Source of the DNA: Spirochaetia bacterium
Lineage (GTDB): Bacteria; Spirochaetota; Spirochaetia; DSM-2461
Assembly: GCA_963666985.2 (NCBI GenBank)
Contig: CAXXIA010000002.1
Coordinates: 928,001-992,000 of the forward strand
DNA length: 64,000 nucleotides
Reading direction: 5' to 3'
Shown piece after piece: positions 1 to 9,463 of this stretch. Within the stretch, counting starts at the first letter, position 1. Each line of letters starts with the position of its first letter. Made by a program: the position numbers and the translations under genes. The notes under the pieces are model-generated. The model was not told the origin of the DNA. It searched no databases and saw only the letters and a list, made by a program, of their open reading frames with translations.

Positions 1-161
1 AAACTCAGCAGAATGAACATTGATTAGTTCCCGGCAGCCGGGGAGAAATTCCCCGGCGGTTCATTCCTCACCACTTATTCAAAGAGAGAGCTTCAGATCC
101 TCAACTCAGTTAATTCCTTAACACGAAAATAATTCAAGTCTACCATCGGCATTTAAGCGCA

Positions 162-178
162 TTGGCACGATTCATGCT
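162..178 (+). promoter_or_regulatory. Sigma-54 (-24/-12) promoter
   Basis: TTGGCACGATTCATGCT has GG (164-165) and GC (176-177) separated by exactly 10 nt. It is close to the TGGCACG-N4-TTGC consensus and lies ~50 nt upstream of the ATG at 226. Confidence 0.75.
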
Positions 179-225
179 TTCTTCTCAGCAGCTCATCAAT
201 CTGCGAGGTAAAGAAGAGGTGGGAA

Positions 226-573
226 ATGAATAGCACGGCCATTAAAGAATCGGAAACAATCGTGTTCAAGAAAATCGGCATCACCGAATCGGTAAAAGAG
301 AGGGAAGAACACCATACCGCCTCTCTTTGCGGCGGCTGTCTTCATGAAGAGAACTGCATCAATCGGGGAACCGCGCTGAAGCCCGTATTGGAATGCAATG
401 AATTCGAATGCGGTCGGCCTCAGACGATGGATTCGGCCGAAAGCTTGCCGAAAATCACGTCCGTTCGGGAAATAACGTCTTACAAAGGTTTATGCGCAAC
501 ATGTGAAAACAATGAGACCTGCATGTACGCGGATATGGTTACGGGAGTTTGGAACTGCGAGGAATACAAATGA
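226..573 (+). CDS. Small Cys-rich protein with two C-x2-C-x5-C-x11/12-C-x-E-[FY] repeats (putative metal/Fe-S binding)
   Basis: AAGAGGT RBS; repeats LCGGCLHEENC...VLECNEF and LCATCENNETC...VWNCEEY; stop overlaps the next start (ATGA, 570-573). Confidence 0.75.
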   Translation: MNSTAIKESETIVFKKIGITESVKEREEHHTASLCGGCLHEENCINRGTALKPVLECNEFECGRPQTMDSAESLPKITSVREITSYKGLCATCENNETCMYADMVTGVWNCEEYK

Positions 574-1865
574 TCAATGTCATCGAAAAAGAAACCGAAC
601 GGCGCACGGATGAAAATTCTCTGTTCAAGAATGTGGGGATTCAATTAAAAAAAGCGGCCGATCTCATGAATCTTAATCCGGATATCGCCGATATCGTTTC
701 GGCTCCCAACAATGAAATTGTCGTTAATTTCCCGGTTAAAATGGACAACGGCCGGGTACGGATTTTCACCGGATACCGAGTTCAGCACAACAATATTCTC
801 GGTCCCTATAAGGGCGGTCTTCGCTATCATCCCACTGTGAATATTGATGAAATCAGAGCCCTTGCCAGTTGGATGACCTGGAAAGGAGCCATCAACAGGA
901 TTCCTTTCGGCGGGGCCAAAGGCGGGATTCAGATTAATCCAAGAGAATTTTCCCAGGCCGAACTGGAACGAATTACACGCCGCTTCACATTCGCTCTCGG
1001 ACCCAATATCGGCCCGGAATACGATATCCCGGCTCCGGATGTAAACACGAACGAACAAATCATGGCCTGGATTCTGGATACCTATTTAACGACGATACCG
1101 CCTTCCGAACGGCACAGATCAATCCATGTCGTCACGGGGAAACCGGTGGAATCGGGAGGGAGTCCGGGACGAAACAAAGCAACCGGACAGGGTGTTGTCT
1201 TCGCCGTCATGGAATGGGCGGAACGTTCGGGGATTGAACTCAGCGGACTGCGTTTCTTCATTCAGGGATTCGGCAACGTGGGATCCTGGACCGCGAAGCT
1301 TCTTTGCGGAGCCGGTGCCGTGCTGGTTGGGGTGGAAGAAATCAGCGGAGCCGTCGTTTCGCCCGAAGGCATCGACCCTGTAAAATTGGAGCAGCACCTT
1401 TTGTTGAATAAGGACATCGGGACGTTTCCGGGGGTTAAGAAAATCACGCATGATGGCTTTTTGGAAACGGAAGCGGATATATTCATTCCCGCGGCCCTGG
1501 AAAATCAGATAACACGGAAAACGGCACCGCTTCTTAATGTGCGTTTAGTCGCCGAAGGAGCGAACGGGCCGACAACGCCGGAAGGGGACGGAATCCTCGA
1601 AGAACGGGGGATTGAAGTCCTGCCGGATATTTTCTGCAATTCGGGAGGCGTCATCGTCAGCTATTTCGAATGGCTTCAGAATAAGCGAAGCGAATCATGG
1701 GAGCTTGAAGAAGTCGACGCCAAGCTTAAGAAAAAAATCACGACTTCCTTCCATCGAATAGAAGACAAAAGAGAAGCCATGAACACCGACCGGAGAACGG
1801 CCGCTTATATCGTGGCGCTGGAATACCTGGAGAAAGTGTATCTGGAACGAGGAATCTATCCGTAG
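570..1865 (+). CDS. gdhA: Glu/Leu/Phe/Val dehydrogenase (glutamate dehydrogenase)
   Basis: Motifs GPYKGGLRYHP, GGAKGG, DIPAPDVNT, QGFGNVG, EGANGP, GGVIVSYFEW. Start reassigned to ATG 570 (ATGA coupling). Confidence 0.95.
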   Translation: MINVIEKETERRTDENSLFKNVGIQLKKAADLMNLNPDIADIVSAPNNEIVVNFPVKMDNGRVRIFTGYRVQHNNILGPYKGGLRYHPTVNIDEIRALASWMTWKGAINRIPFGGAKGGIQINPREFSQAELERITRRFTFALGPNIGPEYDIPAPDVNTNEQIMAWILDTYLTTIPPSERHRSIHVVTGKPVESGGSPGRNKATGQGVVFAVMEWAERSGIELSGLRFFIQGFGNVGSWTAKLLCGAGAVLVGVEEISGAVVSPEGIDPVKLEQHLLLNKDIGTFPGVKKITHDGFLETEADIFIPAALENQITRKTAPLLNVRLVAEGANGPTTPEGDGILEERGIEVLPDIFCNSGGVIVSYFEWLQNKRSESWELEEVDAKLKKKITTSFHRIEDKREAMNTDRRTAAYIVALEYLEKVYLERGIYP

Positions 1866-1893
1866 GTTTCAGCGGGTACGTTCGGGATTCTTG

Positions 1894-2061
1894 CCGGGCG
1901 TGCTTCAGCTGAAGCATGCCCGGATTCCGCCGACGCGAAGTTCGGCGGAATCCGGGATAACTCATTCATCCGCGGAAAAAGCCGTGGTGTTCCGCCTGTA
2001 GCCCCGTAAAAGCCGAAATGAATAACCCGCGGCTCCGCTTGTGCGCTAAGAGCGGAGCCGC
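1894..2061. repeat. Cluster of three GC-rich palindromes/hairpins (REP-like or terminator region)
   Basis: Near-perfect 30-bp palindrome at 1894-1923; 15-bp stem CCCGGATTCCGCCGA/TCGGCGGAATCCGGG at 1919-1956; 11-bp stem GCGGCTCCGCT/AGCGGAGCCGC at 2029-2061. Confidence 0.6.
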
Positions 2062-2225
2062 CGAAAACAAATGCCTGAGGCTTTCCATTCAAGCCATATC
2101 CCAAACAGCTGTTCCACAACGTCGAATCGCGCAGCGTTTCAACGGGCAAGAGCCGAATCGCGCATCAATTCAGCGAGCCGTTTTTTGAAAGAGCCACGAT
2201 TCTTCCACCCTTTTCCTTCGCGAAA

Positions 2226-4877
2226 GTGTATGCTTATGTTTCAATCGTGGACGGCCTTCTTTTAAGCAAACTCACGCCTCCGGAGCCATCACAGCTTTTG
2301 GAACGTCTTCCGCTGTTTGAGAAGATGAACGCCGGTCTTTCAAAACCCTTGATTCTGATATCGGCTCCGCCGGGTTTCGGCAAAACGTCCCTGCTTGCCT
2401 CCTGGATAAAAACTCTGAATCGGCCCGCCGCATGGCTGTCGCTGGATGAAAACGACAATGACGAATCCAGATTCCATCATTATATAGAAGAAGCCGTTTC
2501 ACGAGCCGTTCCCACCCTGGACCGATTGATGCTTATTGCTTCCGACGACAGGCGGCGAAGCCATTCCGATATACTGCTTTTGAATGCCCTGGAAACCAAG
2601 GTCCATGAATTGGTTATCTGCATCGATGATGTTCACCATTTGAAAAATCCGAAAATACTGGAAAGCCTGCGAATGATGATCGATCATCTCCCGAGAGGAC
2701 TCACACTCGTCATTTCTTCCCGAACGAATCCGGAACTGCCACTGGCCCGCTATAAAGCGAACCGGCGCATGACTTTTCTGGACAGCCGAGACCTCCGTTT
2801 CAGCAGAAAGGAAAGCGACAAGTTCCTTCGCAACCATCTGAATCGGAATCTGTCGGCAAAAGAAATTACCGATCTTCACCTTACCAGCGAAGGGTGGATT
2901 GCCGGCCTCATCATGCTCTGCATGGGAAAACACGGCCGGGAACAAATCCCTTGGAATCCCAACCGCGACTATGGAGATTTTGACCGGTATCTGGAAGACG
3001 AAGTGTTCGGAAAGCTGCCGGATAGATCGCGTGATTTCCTGCTGTTTTGTTCCGTACTGACCGAACTGGAAGAGACCCTCTGCGGAAAAGTTTCGGGGTT
3101 CGCCGATGCCGCGCTTCTATTGGACCAAGCGGCTTCCGACAACCTCTTTCTGGTACCGCTCTCCCGAAATCCCAACCGTTATCGCTTCCATCAAATTTTC
3201 CATCAGTTCCTCAAGCGGCAGCTGGTTAAACGATACGGAACGGAAAAGAAACGGCACCTCCATTTACGGGCCTTCAAGGAACTGAGTAAAAGAAACCGAT
3301 GGGAGGAAGCTTGCGATCAAATCTTGGAACTCCGGGATTGGGAACTCCTCGCCGGTTTCCTGGACGACCGCGGTGAAGACCTTCTCATTCAGGGCAAATC
3401 GGGAATCCTCAACCGCTTTACTCACGAGATTCCCCCGGACGTTCTCAACCGTTTTCCGAAATTATGTATTTGCACCGCTTTTTCCCGTTTTCTGGCGTCC
3501 GAATCACTCACCGAAATCCTCCCCCTGCTGGTATCGGCGGAGTCTAAAAATCTTGACGATTATCTTAAGGGAGCCGTTTATTCCCTCAGATCTCTCTTCG
3601 CGGTATTCTCCGCCGATTTTTCCGGATATCTTCGGGAACAAAAAACGGCGGAATCCCTCCTCGCCGATTACAGAGGATTCTTTTCCGGTTTCTTAAACTA
3701 CATCCGCTGCTGGGGCCTTTATTTCAGTCCGGACAGTTTGAAAGGCATCGGTACCGTTTTGGAAAATAACGCCAAAGAGGCCCTTGGCGAAGGGAACTGG
3801 TCCATAGCCGTATCCAGTTATGTGGAATTCGCCAGAATCCAGAGGTTCAGGGGCCGTCCCGCCGCCGGTTTGGCTTATTTTAATCGGGCGGAAGAAATCT
3901 GTCGGGCTCATCAGAATTTCGATACACCGCTGGGAATGTCCATAATTCAGGGGAAAGCGGAAATTTTCTATGAGAAAAATCAGCTTGCCGATGTCGAAGA
4001 AAGTCTTCTGGCCCTATCCCGGCTGGAAGAATCCTGGGGTCCCGTAAACCGGCTGGAAAGGGATTTGCTTTCGGCCCGCTTCTTCGCCGCCATAGGAGAT
4101 TTCAAGTCCTGTGAAGAGGCTCTCATTCAAGCCGAAACCCGCGCCATTCGGTTTGATGCTTCGGATCTGGACGATATCGGCGTCAGGCTGGAACGGCACA
4201 ATCTGGGATTAACCTATAATCATCCTTCGTTTATTTACGAAATAGATGCCTTGAAGGAAGATATGGACATGCTGGTCAACAGCTTCAGGAACCGCATCAA
4301 TATGCCGCTTTTTCTTCTTCAAAAACTGAAACTGATCAGTGCGCGCAGTTATTGGTTTTTCGGTCATCCGGAAACGGCGCTGACCATGCTGGAAGGAGAG
4401 CCCTCATTCTTCGGCAAAACAAAGGGAAAATCTGTCTCGCCTCCCCTTCTGGCATACCAAGGGATGATTAAACAAACTCTCGGAGAAGACGGTGGGAACG
4501 ATTTAATCATGGCGCTGAAAGAAGGATTCCGAACGGAACTGACACGAAGCTTCGTCGATTTGGGCAAGCCGGTTATGGATATGATCGCTTCCGTCAAAGT
4601 CCCGAAAACGCTGGAGCAGTACAAAAAAACATTACTCCGGGCCGCGTCCTTCGGCACGCAGGAACACAGCTCCGCCGCGGAATTGAGTCCGCGGGAAAAA
4701 GAAATTCTCCTGCTGGTGAAAGAAGGAAAAAGCAATAAAGAAATCGGAGCGGCGCTTTTCATCAGCGATAGAACAATCAAATGGCATCTGGCCAGAATCT
4801 ACGGGAAATTGGATGTTCACAACAGAACCGGTGCTTTAGCGGCCGCTAAGGCGCAAAACTGGCCGGGGTTCGAATAA
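2226..4877 (+). CDS. MalT-like (STAND ATPase, TPR-like, LuxR HTH) transcriptional regulator
   Basis: KLTPP start, Walker A APPGFGKT, AWLSLDENDND, DDVH Walker B region, SEGWIAGL, YRFHQIF; C-terminal LSPREKEILLLVKEGKSNKEIG...TIKWHLARIYGKLDV. Confidence 0.9.
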   Translation: MYAYVSIVDGLLLSKLTPPEPSQLLERLPLFEKMNAGLSKPLILISAPPGFGKTSLLASWIKTLNRPAAWLSLDENDNDESRFHHYIEEAVSRAVPTLDRLMLIASDDRRRSHSDILLLNALETKVHELVICIDDVHHLKNPKILESLRMMIDHLPRGLTLVISSRTNPELPLARYKANRRMTFLDSRDLRFSRKESDKFLRNHLNRNLSAKEITDLHLTSEGWIAGLIMLCMGKHGREQIPWNPNRDYGDFDRYLEDEVFGKLPDRSRDFLLFCSVLTELEETLCGKVSGFADAALLLDQAASDNLFLVPLSRNPNRYRFHQIFHQFLKRQLVKRYGTEKKRHLHLRAFKELSKRNRWEEACDQILELRDWELLAGFLDDRGEDLLIQGKSGILNRFTHEIPPDVLNRFPKLCICTAFSRFLASESLTEILPLLVSAESKNLDDYLKGAVYSLRSLFAVFSADFSGYLREQKTAESLLADYRGFFSGFLNYIRCWGLYFSPDSLKGIGTVLENNAKEALGEGNWSIAVSSYVEFARIQRFRGRPAAGLAYFNRAEEICRAHQNFDTPLGMSIIQGKAEIFYEKNQLADVEESLLALSRLEESWGPVNRLERDLLSARFFAAIGDFKSCEEALIQAETRAIRFDASDLDDIGVRLERHNLGLTYNHPSFIYEIDALKEDMDMLVNSFRNRINMPLFLLQKLKLISARSYWFFGHPETALTMLEGEPSFFGKTKGKSVSPPLLAYQGMIKQTLGEDGGNDLIMALKEGFRTELTRSFVDLGKPVMDMIASVKVPKTLEQYKKTLLRAASFGTQEHSSAAELSPREKEILLLVKEGKSNKEIGAALFISDRTIKWHLARIYGKLDVHNRTGALAAAKAQNWPGFE

Positions 4878-4879
4878 AT

Positions 4880-4949
4880 CCATACTTTCCCCATACTTTC
4901 GGCCGATTTGAAGCTCTTCCGCTTTCCCTTAACTTTGAAAAAGTTAAGG
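4880..4949 (+). promoter_or_regulatory. Direct repeat CCATACTTTC x2 and a perfect 10-bp inverted repeat overlapping the RBS of the radical SAM gene
   Basis: CCATACTTTC at 4880 and 4891 (11-bp period); CCTTAACTTT-GAA-AAAGTTAAGG at 4927-4949. Confidence 0.5.
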
Positions 4950-4957
4950 AGAATATC

Positions 4958-6439
4958 ATGAATGTTAATACGGGTAACGGTATCGGTTCCAGACTCAAAG
5001 CCGATCTGGAACGTCACGCTCTCAGCCGAATCATCGTTCCTTCCTTGACGGGAGAAATGAAGGATTTGTCGGGACTTCTGGAACTTCGGAAAGCGGAAAA
5101 CACGAATGACGGTTTAGATGCTTTTCTCGGACAGCTGGAAAGAGATATTGCGGAAGAAAGCGGTTTTGCCCTGCTGCTCTCCCGCGTAGGCAGCCAAGTC
5201 AACAAACAGTGCAAGAAGAAACTGGTAACGAACCTTATCTATAACTGGAACGTGGAAGGTTCAAAACGCCGAACCGCTTGGAGGGAAAAAGGGTATCATA
5301 TTCCCAATCTTTTCGTTATCAGTCCCACGATGCGGTGCAATCTGCATTGTACCGGCTGCTACTCCGGGCTTTACCAAAAAGACGGAGATTTGACGGAAGA
5401 GGAAATCGACGATGTCCTGACTCAGGCTCGGGAGCTGGGGATGTACTTCTGCGTAATTTCCGGCGGCGAGCCTTATGTGCTCAAGGATATGTGGCTCCGG
5501 CTCTTCCGAAAATATAACGATATGTATTTTCTGACATTCACCAACGGAACATTCCTGGACGAAGAAACCGTTGCGGAATTGGCGCAATTGGGCAATGTGG
5601 CTCCGGCCATCAGTGTCGAAGGGTATGAAGAAGAAACAGACTCCCGCCGAGGAAAAGGCGTTTACAAAAAAGTCTGCGACGCAATGGAGCGTTTAAAGCG
5701 TCACGGTGTTATTTTCGGTTCCAGCGTTACATACACCGGCAAAAACTCGGAAATGGTTTCTTCCAAACCGTTTGTCGAAACTTTGATTGATAAAGGTGTT
5801 ATTTTCAGCTGGTATTTCATGTTCATGCCCGTGGGGAAAGATCCTATCCTCGAGTTGGTTCCCTCTCCCATGCAGCGGCTGAAAACCGGACGCGGCATCG
5901 CGCGGCTCAGAAAAGAACTGCCGATTTTCCTGGCCGACTTCTGGAACGACGGCCCCGCGGCGGGCGGCTGTTTGGCCGGAGGCCGTTCTTATTTCCACAT
6001 CCTCAATTCGGGCCGAGTGGAACCGTGCGTTTTCGTTCATTTCGGCAAAGACAATATCAGGGAAAAGCGGTTGCTCGATATTATCGATTCCGACTTTTTC
6101 AAAGCGATTCGCAGAGAATTCCCCTATAACGAAAACGGCAATCTGATGAGACCGTGCATGATTATCGACAATCCGGAAGTCTTGAGGAAAGTCGTTCGTC
6201 AATACATCCCCGAACAGGGACACAGAGGCTCGGAAGACATTGTCTGTAAAGAGCAAACAGTCCGATGGATCGATAACTACGCCAAGGGATTCAAAGATCT
6301 TACGGAAGATGAATGGCTGGAAGAAATCAACAAACCCGACTCCCGCTGGTACAAGGAAAAACCGGAATACCGGGGACTCTTCCGGTTTCAGGAGAAAACG
6401 GAAGAAATAAAAGAAACCGAGAGCGCCGGCGTAAAATAA
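4958..6439 (+). CDS. Radical SAM protein with SPASM/twitch-like C-terminus
   Basis: CNLHCTGC (CxxxCxxC), SGGEP, FTNGT; distal cysteines in GGCLAGG, EPCVF and RPCMIID; AAGGAG RBS. Confidence 0.9.
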   Translation: MNVNTGNGIGSRLKADLERHALSRIIVPSLTGEMKDLSGLLELRKAENTNDGLDAFLGQLERDIAEESGFALLLSRVGSQVNKQCKKKLVTNLIYNWNVEGSKRRTAWREKGYHIPNLFVISPTMRCNLHCTGCYSGLYQKDGDLTEEEIDDVLTQARELGMYFCVISGGEPYVLKDMWLRLFRKYNDMYFLTFTNGTFLDEETVAELAQLGNVAPAISVEGYEEETDSRRGKGVYKKVCDAMERLKRHGVIFGSSVTYTGKNSEMVSSKPFVETLIDKGVIFSWYFMFMPVGKDPILELVPSPMQRLKTGRGIARLRKELPIFLADFWNDGPAAGGCLAGGRSYFHILNSGRVEPCVFVHFGKDNIREKRLLDIIDSDFFKAIRREFPYNENGNLMRPCMIIDNPEVLRKVVRQYIPEQGHRGSEDIVCKEQTVRWIDNYAKGFKDLTEDEWLEEINKPDSRWYKEKPEYRGLFRFQEKTEEIKETESAGVK

Positions 6440-6551
6440 AACGTCTCTTTTAATCTCACTTTTCCCGGTTTGAATCCCATCCCGATATATTGCCTAGGAT
6501 ACCTCTTAGGCAATATATTTATCATACGGCGGATTAGCCGCACCTATCTTA

Positions 6552-6714
6552 CCGCGAGGAGGTCGGAGAAGATCGTTATGAACGATCCGGATGGCAGTAG
6601 TCACCCCAGACACAACAGAACATACCATCCCTTCCGGACCTGTTTCGCGGCGGCCGTGGACCTTTCGAACTAGGTCTTATTCTCCGCGACACTTCCGAAA
6701 GGCGGTGGAAGGGA
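6552..6714 (+). promoter_or_regulatory. Structured 5' leader of corA with a 31-aa uORF (6578-6673) and alternative pairings; putative Mg2+-responsive attenuator
   Basis: Several mutually exclusive stems and an anti-RBS (TCCCTTCC 6628-6635 / GGAAGGGA 6707-6714); see findings. Confidence 0.5.
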
Positions 6715-6722
6715 GAAAAAAA

Positions 6723-7655
6723 ATGATCACAATCTGGAAGCAGAGCAACGGGACGGTAGTTCGTACGGCACTCTTGGAGAAGCATTGCTGGATCAACGTC
6801 GTCCGGCCCGACGAACTGGAAATCGAAACCATGAAGCGGGAATACGGAATCCCGGAAGACATTATTCACGACATCCTCGATGTTGACGAACGTTCAAGAA
6901 GTGAAAAAAACGAAGGATATCATGCCGTAATATTCCGCGTCCCCGTATTCAGCGGGAACGGAAAAGTTCAGTACCATACCGTTCCGCTGGGACTGATAGT
7001 AACCGAAGACGTCTTCATTACGATTTCCCTCACGGAAACGGAGATTATCGATGATTTCTTTAAGAACCGAGTCCAGGGGGTCAGCTTCGATAAACCGGTG
7101 GACATCCTGATCCGTCTGTTTTTAAACACGTCCCGCAGTTACCTCCGGTTTCTTAACGCCATCAACCGGCAGACAGATCTTCTGGAAAACGAGCTTCAGA
7201 GAGCTGTAAAGAACACCGAACTCTTGAAGCTTCTCAGAATGGAGAAGTCCCTGGTTTTTTTCATCACTTCTCTGAGGGCCAATGAGCTCCTCTTCCAGAA
7301 ACTGGAAAAAAACCTTTTTCACAATCTGAATGAACAGGAAGCCGAGCTTTGGGAAGACACCTTAACCGAATCCCGGCAGGCGATGGAAATGGCGAACATC
7401 CACAGCAATATTCTGAGCGGCATGATGGATGCCTTCGCATCGGTTATCTCCAACAACCTGAACGTCGTGATGAAGCGGCTGACCATGATTTCCATTATTC
7501 TGATGATTCCGACTTTTTTCGCCAGCGTTTACGGAATGAACGTGCCGCTCCCCTTCCAGACATCGCCCTTCGCTTTCACGGGGATTCTCGTCGGATCGGG
7601 GATATTGGCTGTGGGAAGCGCCCTTATCTTTACGACAAAGCGGATGTTCCGATAA
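6723..7655 (+). CDS. corA: CorA family Mg2+ transporter
   Basis: WINVVRP, LNVVMKRLT, YGMNV signature and two C-terminal TM helices. Start reassigned to ATG 6723 after the GGGAGA RBS. Confidence 0.92.
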   Translation: MITIWKQSNGTVVRTALLEKHCWINVVRPDELEIETMKREYGIPEDIIHDILDVDERSRSEKNEGYHAVIFRVPVFSGNGKVQYHTVPLGLIVTEDVFITISLTETEIIDDFFKNRVQGVSFDKPVDILIRLFLNTSRSYLRFLNAINRQTDLLENELQRAVKNTELLKLLRMEKSLVFFITSLRANELLFQKLEKNLFHNLNEQEAELWEDTLTESRQAMEMANIHSNILSGMMDAFASVISNNLNVVMKRLTMISIILMIPTFFASVYGMNVPLPFQTSPFAFTGILVGSGILAVGSALIFTTKRMFR

Positions 7656-7881
7656 GAACTCCAAGGATTTGAATTATCGGCCGAGCAATAACAATTGGAA
7701 TAAAGCGGGAACGGTCCGGCCGGCCTTTTATTCTTTCTCTAACAATTTTCTTACAATCATGTAGGTTTTTGAAGAGAAATACGGCAAAATTCCCGCTATT
7801 TTTTACTTTTCCCCTGCTGTTGTATTGATTCAATAATTGATACGACCTAAGTACACGTATAAGGATCTTTTAAAATACGCA

Positions 7882-7944
7882 GGCCGAACCGCACGGCGGT
7901 TCGGCCGTTCGGCAGGTTGTTTTATAAGGTTGTTTTATAAACCT
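7882..7944 (+). promoter_or_regulatory. Hairpin plus tandem 13-bp operator-like repeat upstream of the liv operon
   Basis: GGCCGAACCGC-ACG-GCGGTTCGGCC at 7882-7906; AGGTTGTTTTATA x2 at 7914-7939, the second copy closing as AGGTT...AACCT. Confidence 0.45.
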
Positions 7945-8001
7945 CAAACAGCAGAGAATTCCATGTAGCCGAAGAGATTACCTTAACCCAAAGGATTTTG
8001 G

Positions 8002-8757
8002 ATGCTTACGATAAAAAAAGTCAGCAAGCATTTCGGCGGATTACAGGCCCTGAAACATGTCGATATGTCTCTGGAAGACGGTATTATTCACGGGATTATC
8101 GGACCGAACGGATCAGGGAAAACAACACTCTTCAACTGCATAACGGGACTGTTGGAAGTCACATCAGGTCAATTATACCTTAATGACATGGAAATAACCG
8201 GACAGCCGCCTTATCAAATTTCCAACCTCGGGATTCGCCGAACCTTTCAGCAGGGAAAACTCGTCCCCTCACTGTCGGTTATCGAAAACATTATGAGCGG
8301 CATCTTCAGTCTTTCCTCCGGTGATCTAAAAGACACCTTTTTCCGCATGCCGTTTACCCGTTCAAAAAAAGAATCGGACCTTCGTGATGAAGCCATGAAT
8401 GTCTTAAAACTCCTGAAGATGAGTCATTTGGCCCCCCGACCGGCCGCCGATTTGGTCTGGGCCGAACGACAGTTCATTCAATTGGCCCGAGCCCTTATAT
8501 CGAAACCGAAAGTCCTTCTCCTGGATGAACCGGCGGGGGGCATGGGACCGAACGAAACCGAGGAAGTCGGCGGGATTATAAAAAAAATTCGCGAAACGGG
8601 AACAACCGTCGCTGTTGTCAGTCATGATATGAAGATGCTTATGAACGTCGCCGAACGCGTGACTGTTCTCAACTTCGGAGAAATCATTTTCGAAGGAACA
8701 CCCGCCGAAGTCCAAAACGACGCAAAGGTTCTGGAGGCTTATCTTGGAACGGAATAA
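8002..8757 (+). CDS. livG: Branched-chain amino acid-type ABC transporter ATP-binding protein
   Basis: FGGLQAL, GPNGSGKT, LLLDEPAGG, SHDM, EAYLG. Confidence 0.9.
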   Translation: MLTIKKVSKHFGGLQALKHVDMSLEDGIIHGIIGPNGSGKTTLFNCITGLLEVTSGQLYLNDMEITGQPPYQISNLGIRRTFQQGKLVPSLSVIENIMSGIFSLSSGDLKDTFFRMPFTRSKKESDLRDEAMNVLKLLKMSHLAPRPAADLVWAERQFIQLARALISKPKVLLLDEPAGGMGPNETEEVGGIIKKIRETGTTVAVVSHDMKMLMNVAERVTVLNFGEIIFEGTPAEVQNDAKVLEAYLGTE

Positions 8758-8761
8758 GCCC

Positions 8762-9460
8762 ATGCTAAAAGTCAGAAACGTATCGGTCGCATACGGGCAC
8801 ATCACGGCGCTCAACAAGATAAATCTGGATGTTTTTCAAGGAGAAATTATCGTCTTAATCGGAGCGAACGGAGCCGGAAAAACAAGCCTTATGGAAACCG
8901 TTCTCGGGGCGCATGTTCCTGAAAACGGCGAAATTGAATTTAAAGGAAAAACGATTCAAGGGATTTCAACGGATAAGAACGTCCGCCAAGGGTTGTTTTT
9001 GGTCCCCGAGGGACGAGGTGTTTTCTCAACGATGTCCGTTTTGGACAACCTCCTTCTCGGCGCGCATCACAATCGGAGAAAAACGCCGGAGAAACTCGAA
9101 CTTGTTTTCGACTATTTTCCCATTCTCTCGGAAAGGCAAACACAGATTGCGGGAACACTCAGCGGCGGAGAGAGACGAATGCTCGCCCTTGCAAGAGCCC
9201 TGATGTCTTCCCCTGATATGATTCTCGTCGACGAACCCTCGCTCGGTCTGGCGCCTCTTGTTGTAAACGATATTTTTAAAATACTCACACGGCTGAACCG
9301 TGAGGGATATTCCATTCTGCTTTCCGAACAGAATATCCATAAGGCGCTGAAAATCGCGCATCGCGGTTATGTTCTCGAAACCGGCAGGATTGTGAAAAGC
9401 GGAACGGCTGAAAATCTGCTGAACGATCCGGCCGTTAAAGAAGCCTATCTGGGAGTTTGA
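8762..9460 (+). CDS. livF: Branched-chain amino acid-type ABC transporter ATP-binding protein
   Basis: GANGAGKT, VPEGRGVF, LSGGE, DEPSLGLAP, EAYLG. Start moved to ATG 8762. Confidence 0.9.
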   Translation: MLKVRNVSVAYGHITALNKINLDVFQGEIIVLIGANGAGKTSLMETVLGAHVPENGEIEFKGKTIQGISTDKNVRQGLFLVPEGRGVFSTMSVLDNLLLGAHHNRRKTPEKLELVFDYFPILSERQTQIAGTLSGGERRMLALARALMSSPDMILVDEPSLGLAPLVVNDIFKILTRLNREGYSILLSEQNIHKALKIAHRGYVLETGRIVKSGTAENLLNDPAVKEAYLGV

Positions 9461-9463
9461 GGA

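Noticed and set aside
6440..6722. Canonical M-box (ykoK) riboswitch
   Set aside because: The conserved GTTAGGTGAGGCT...TGCTAAAGCTC pattern was not found; reported instead as a novel leader candidate.
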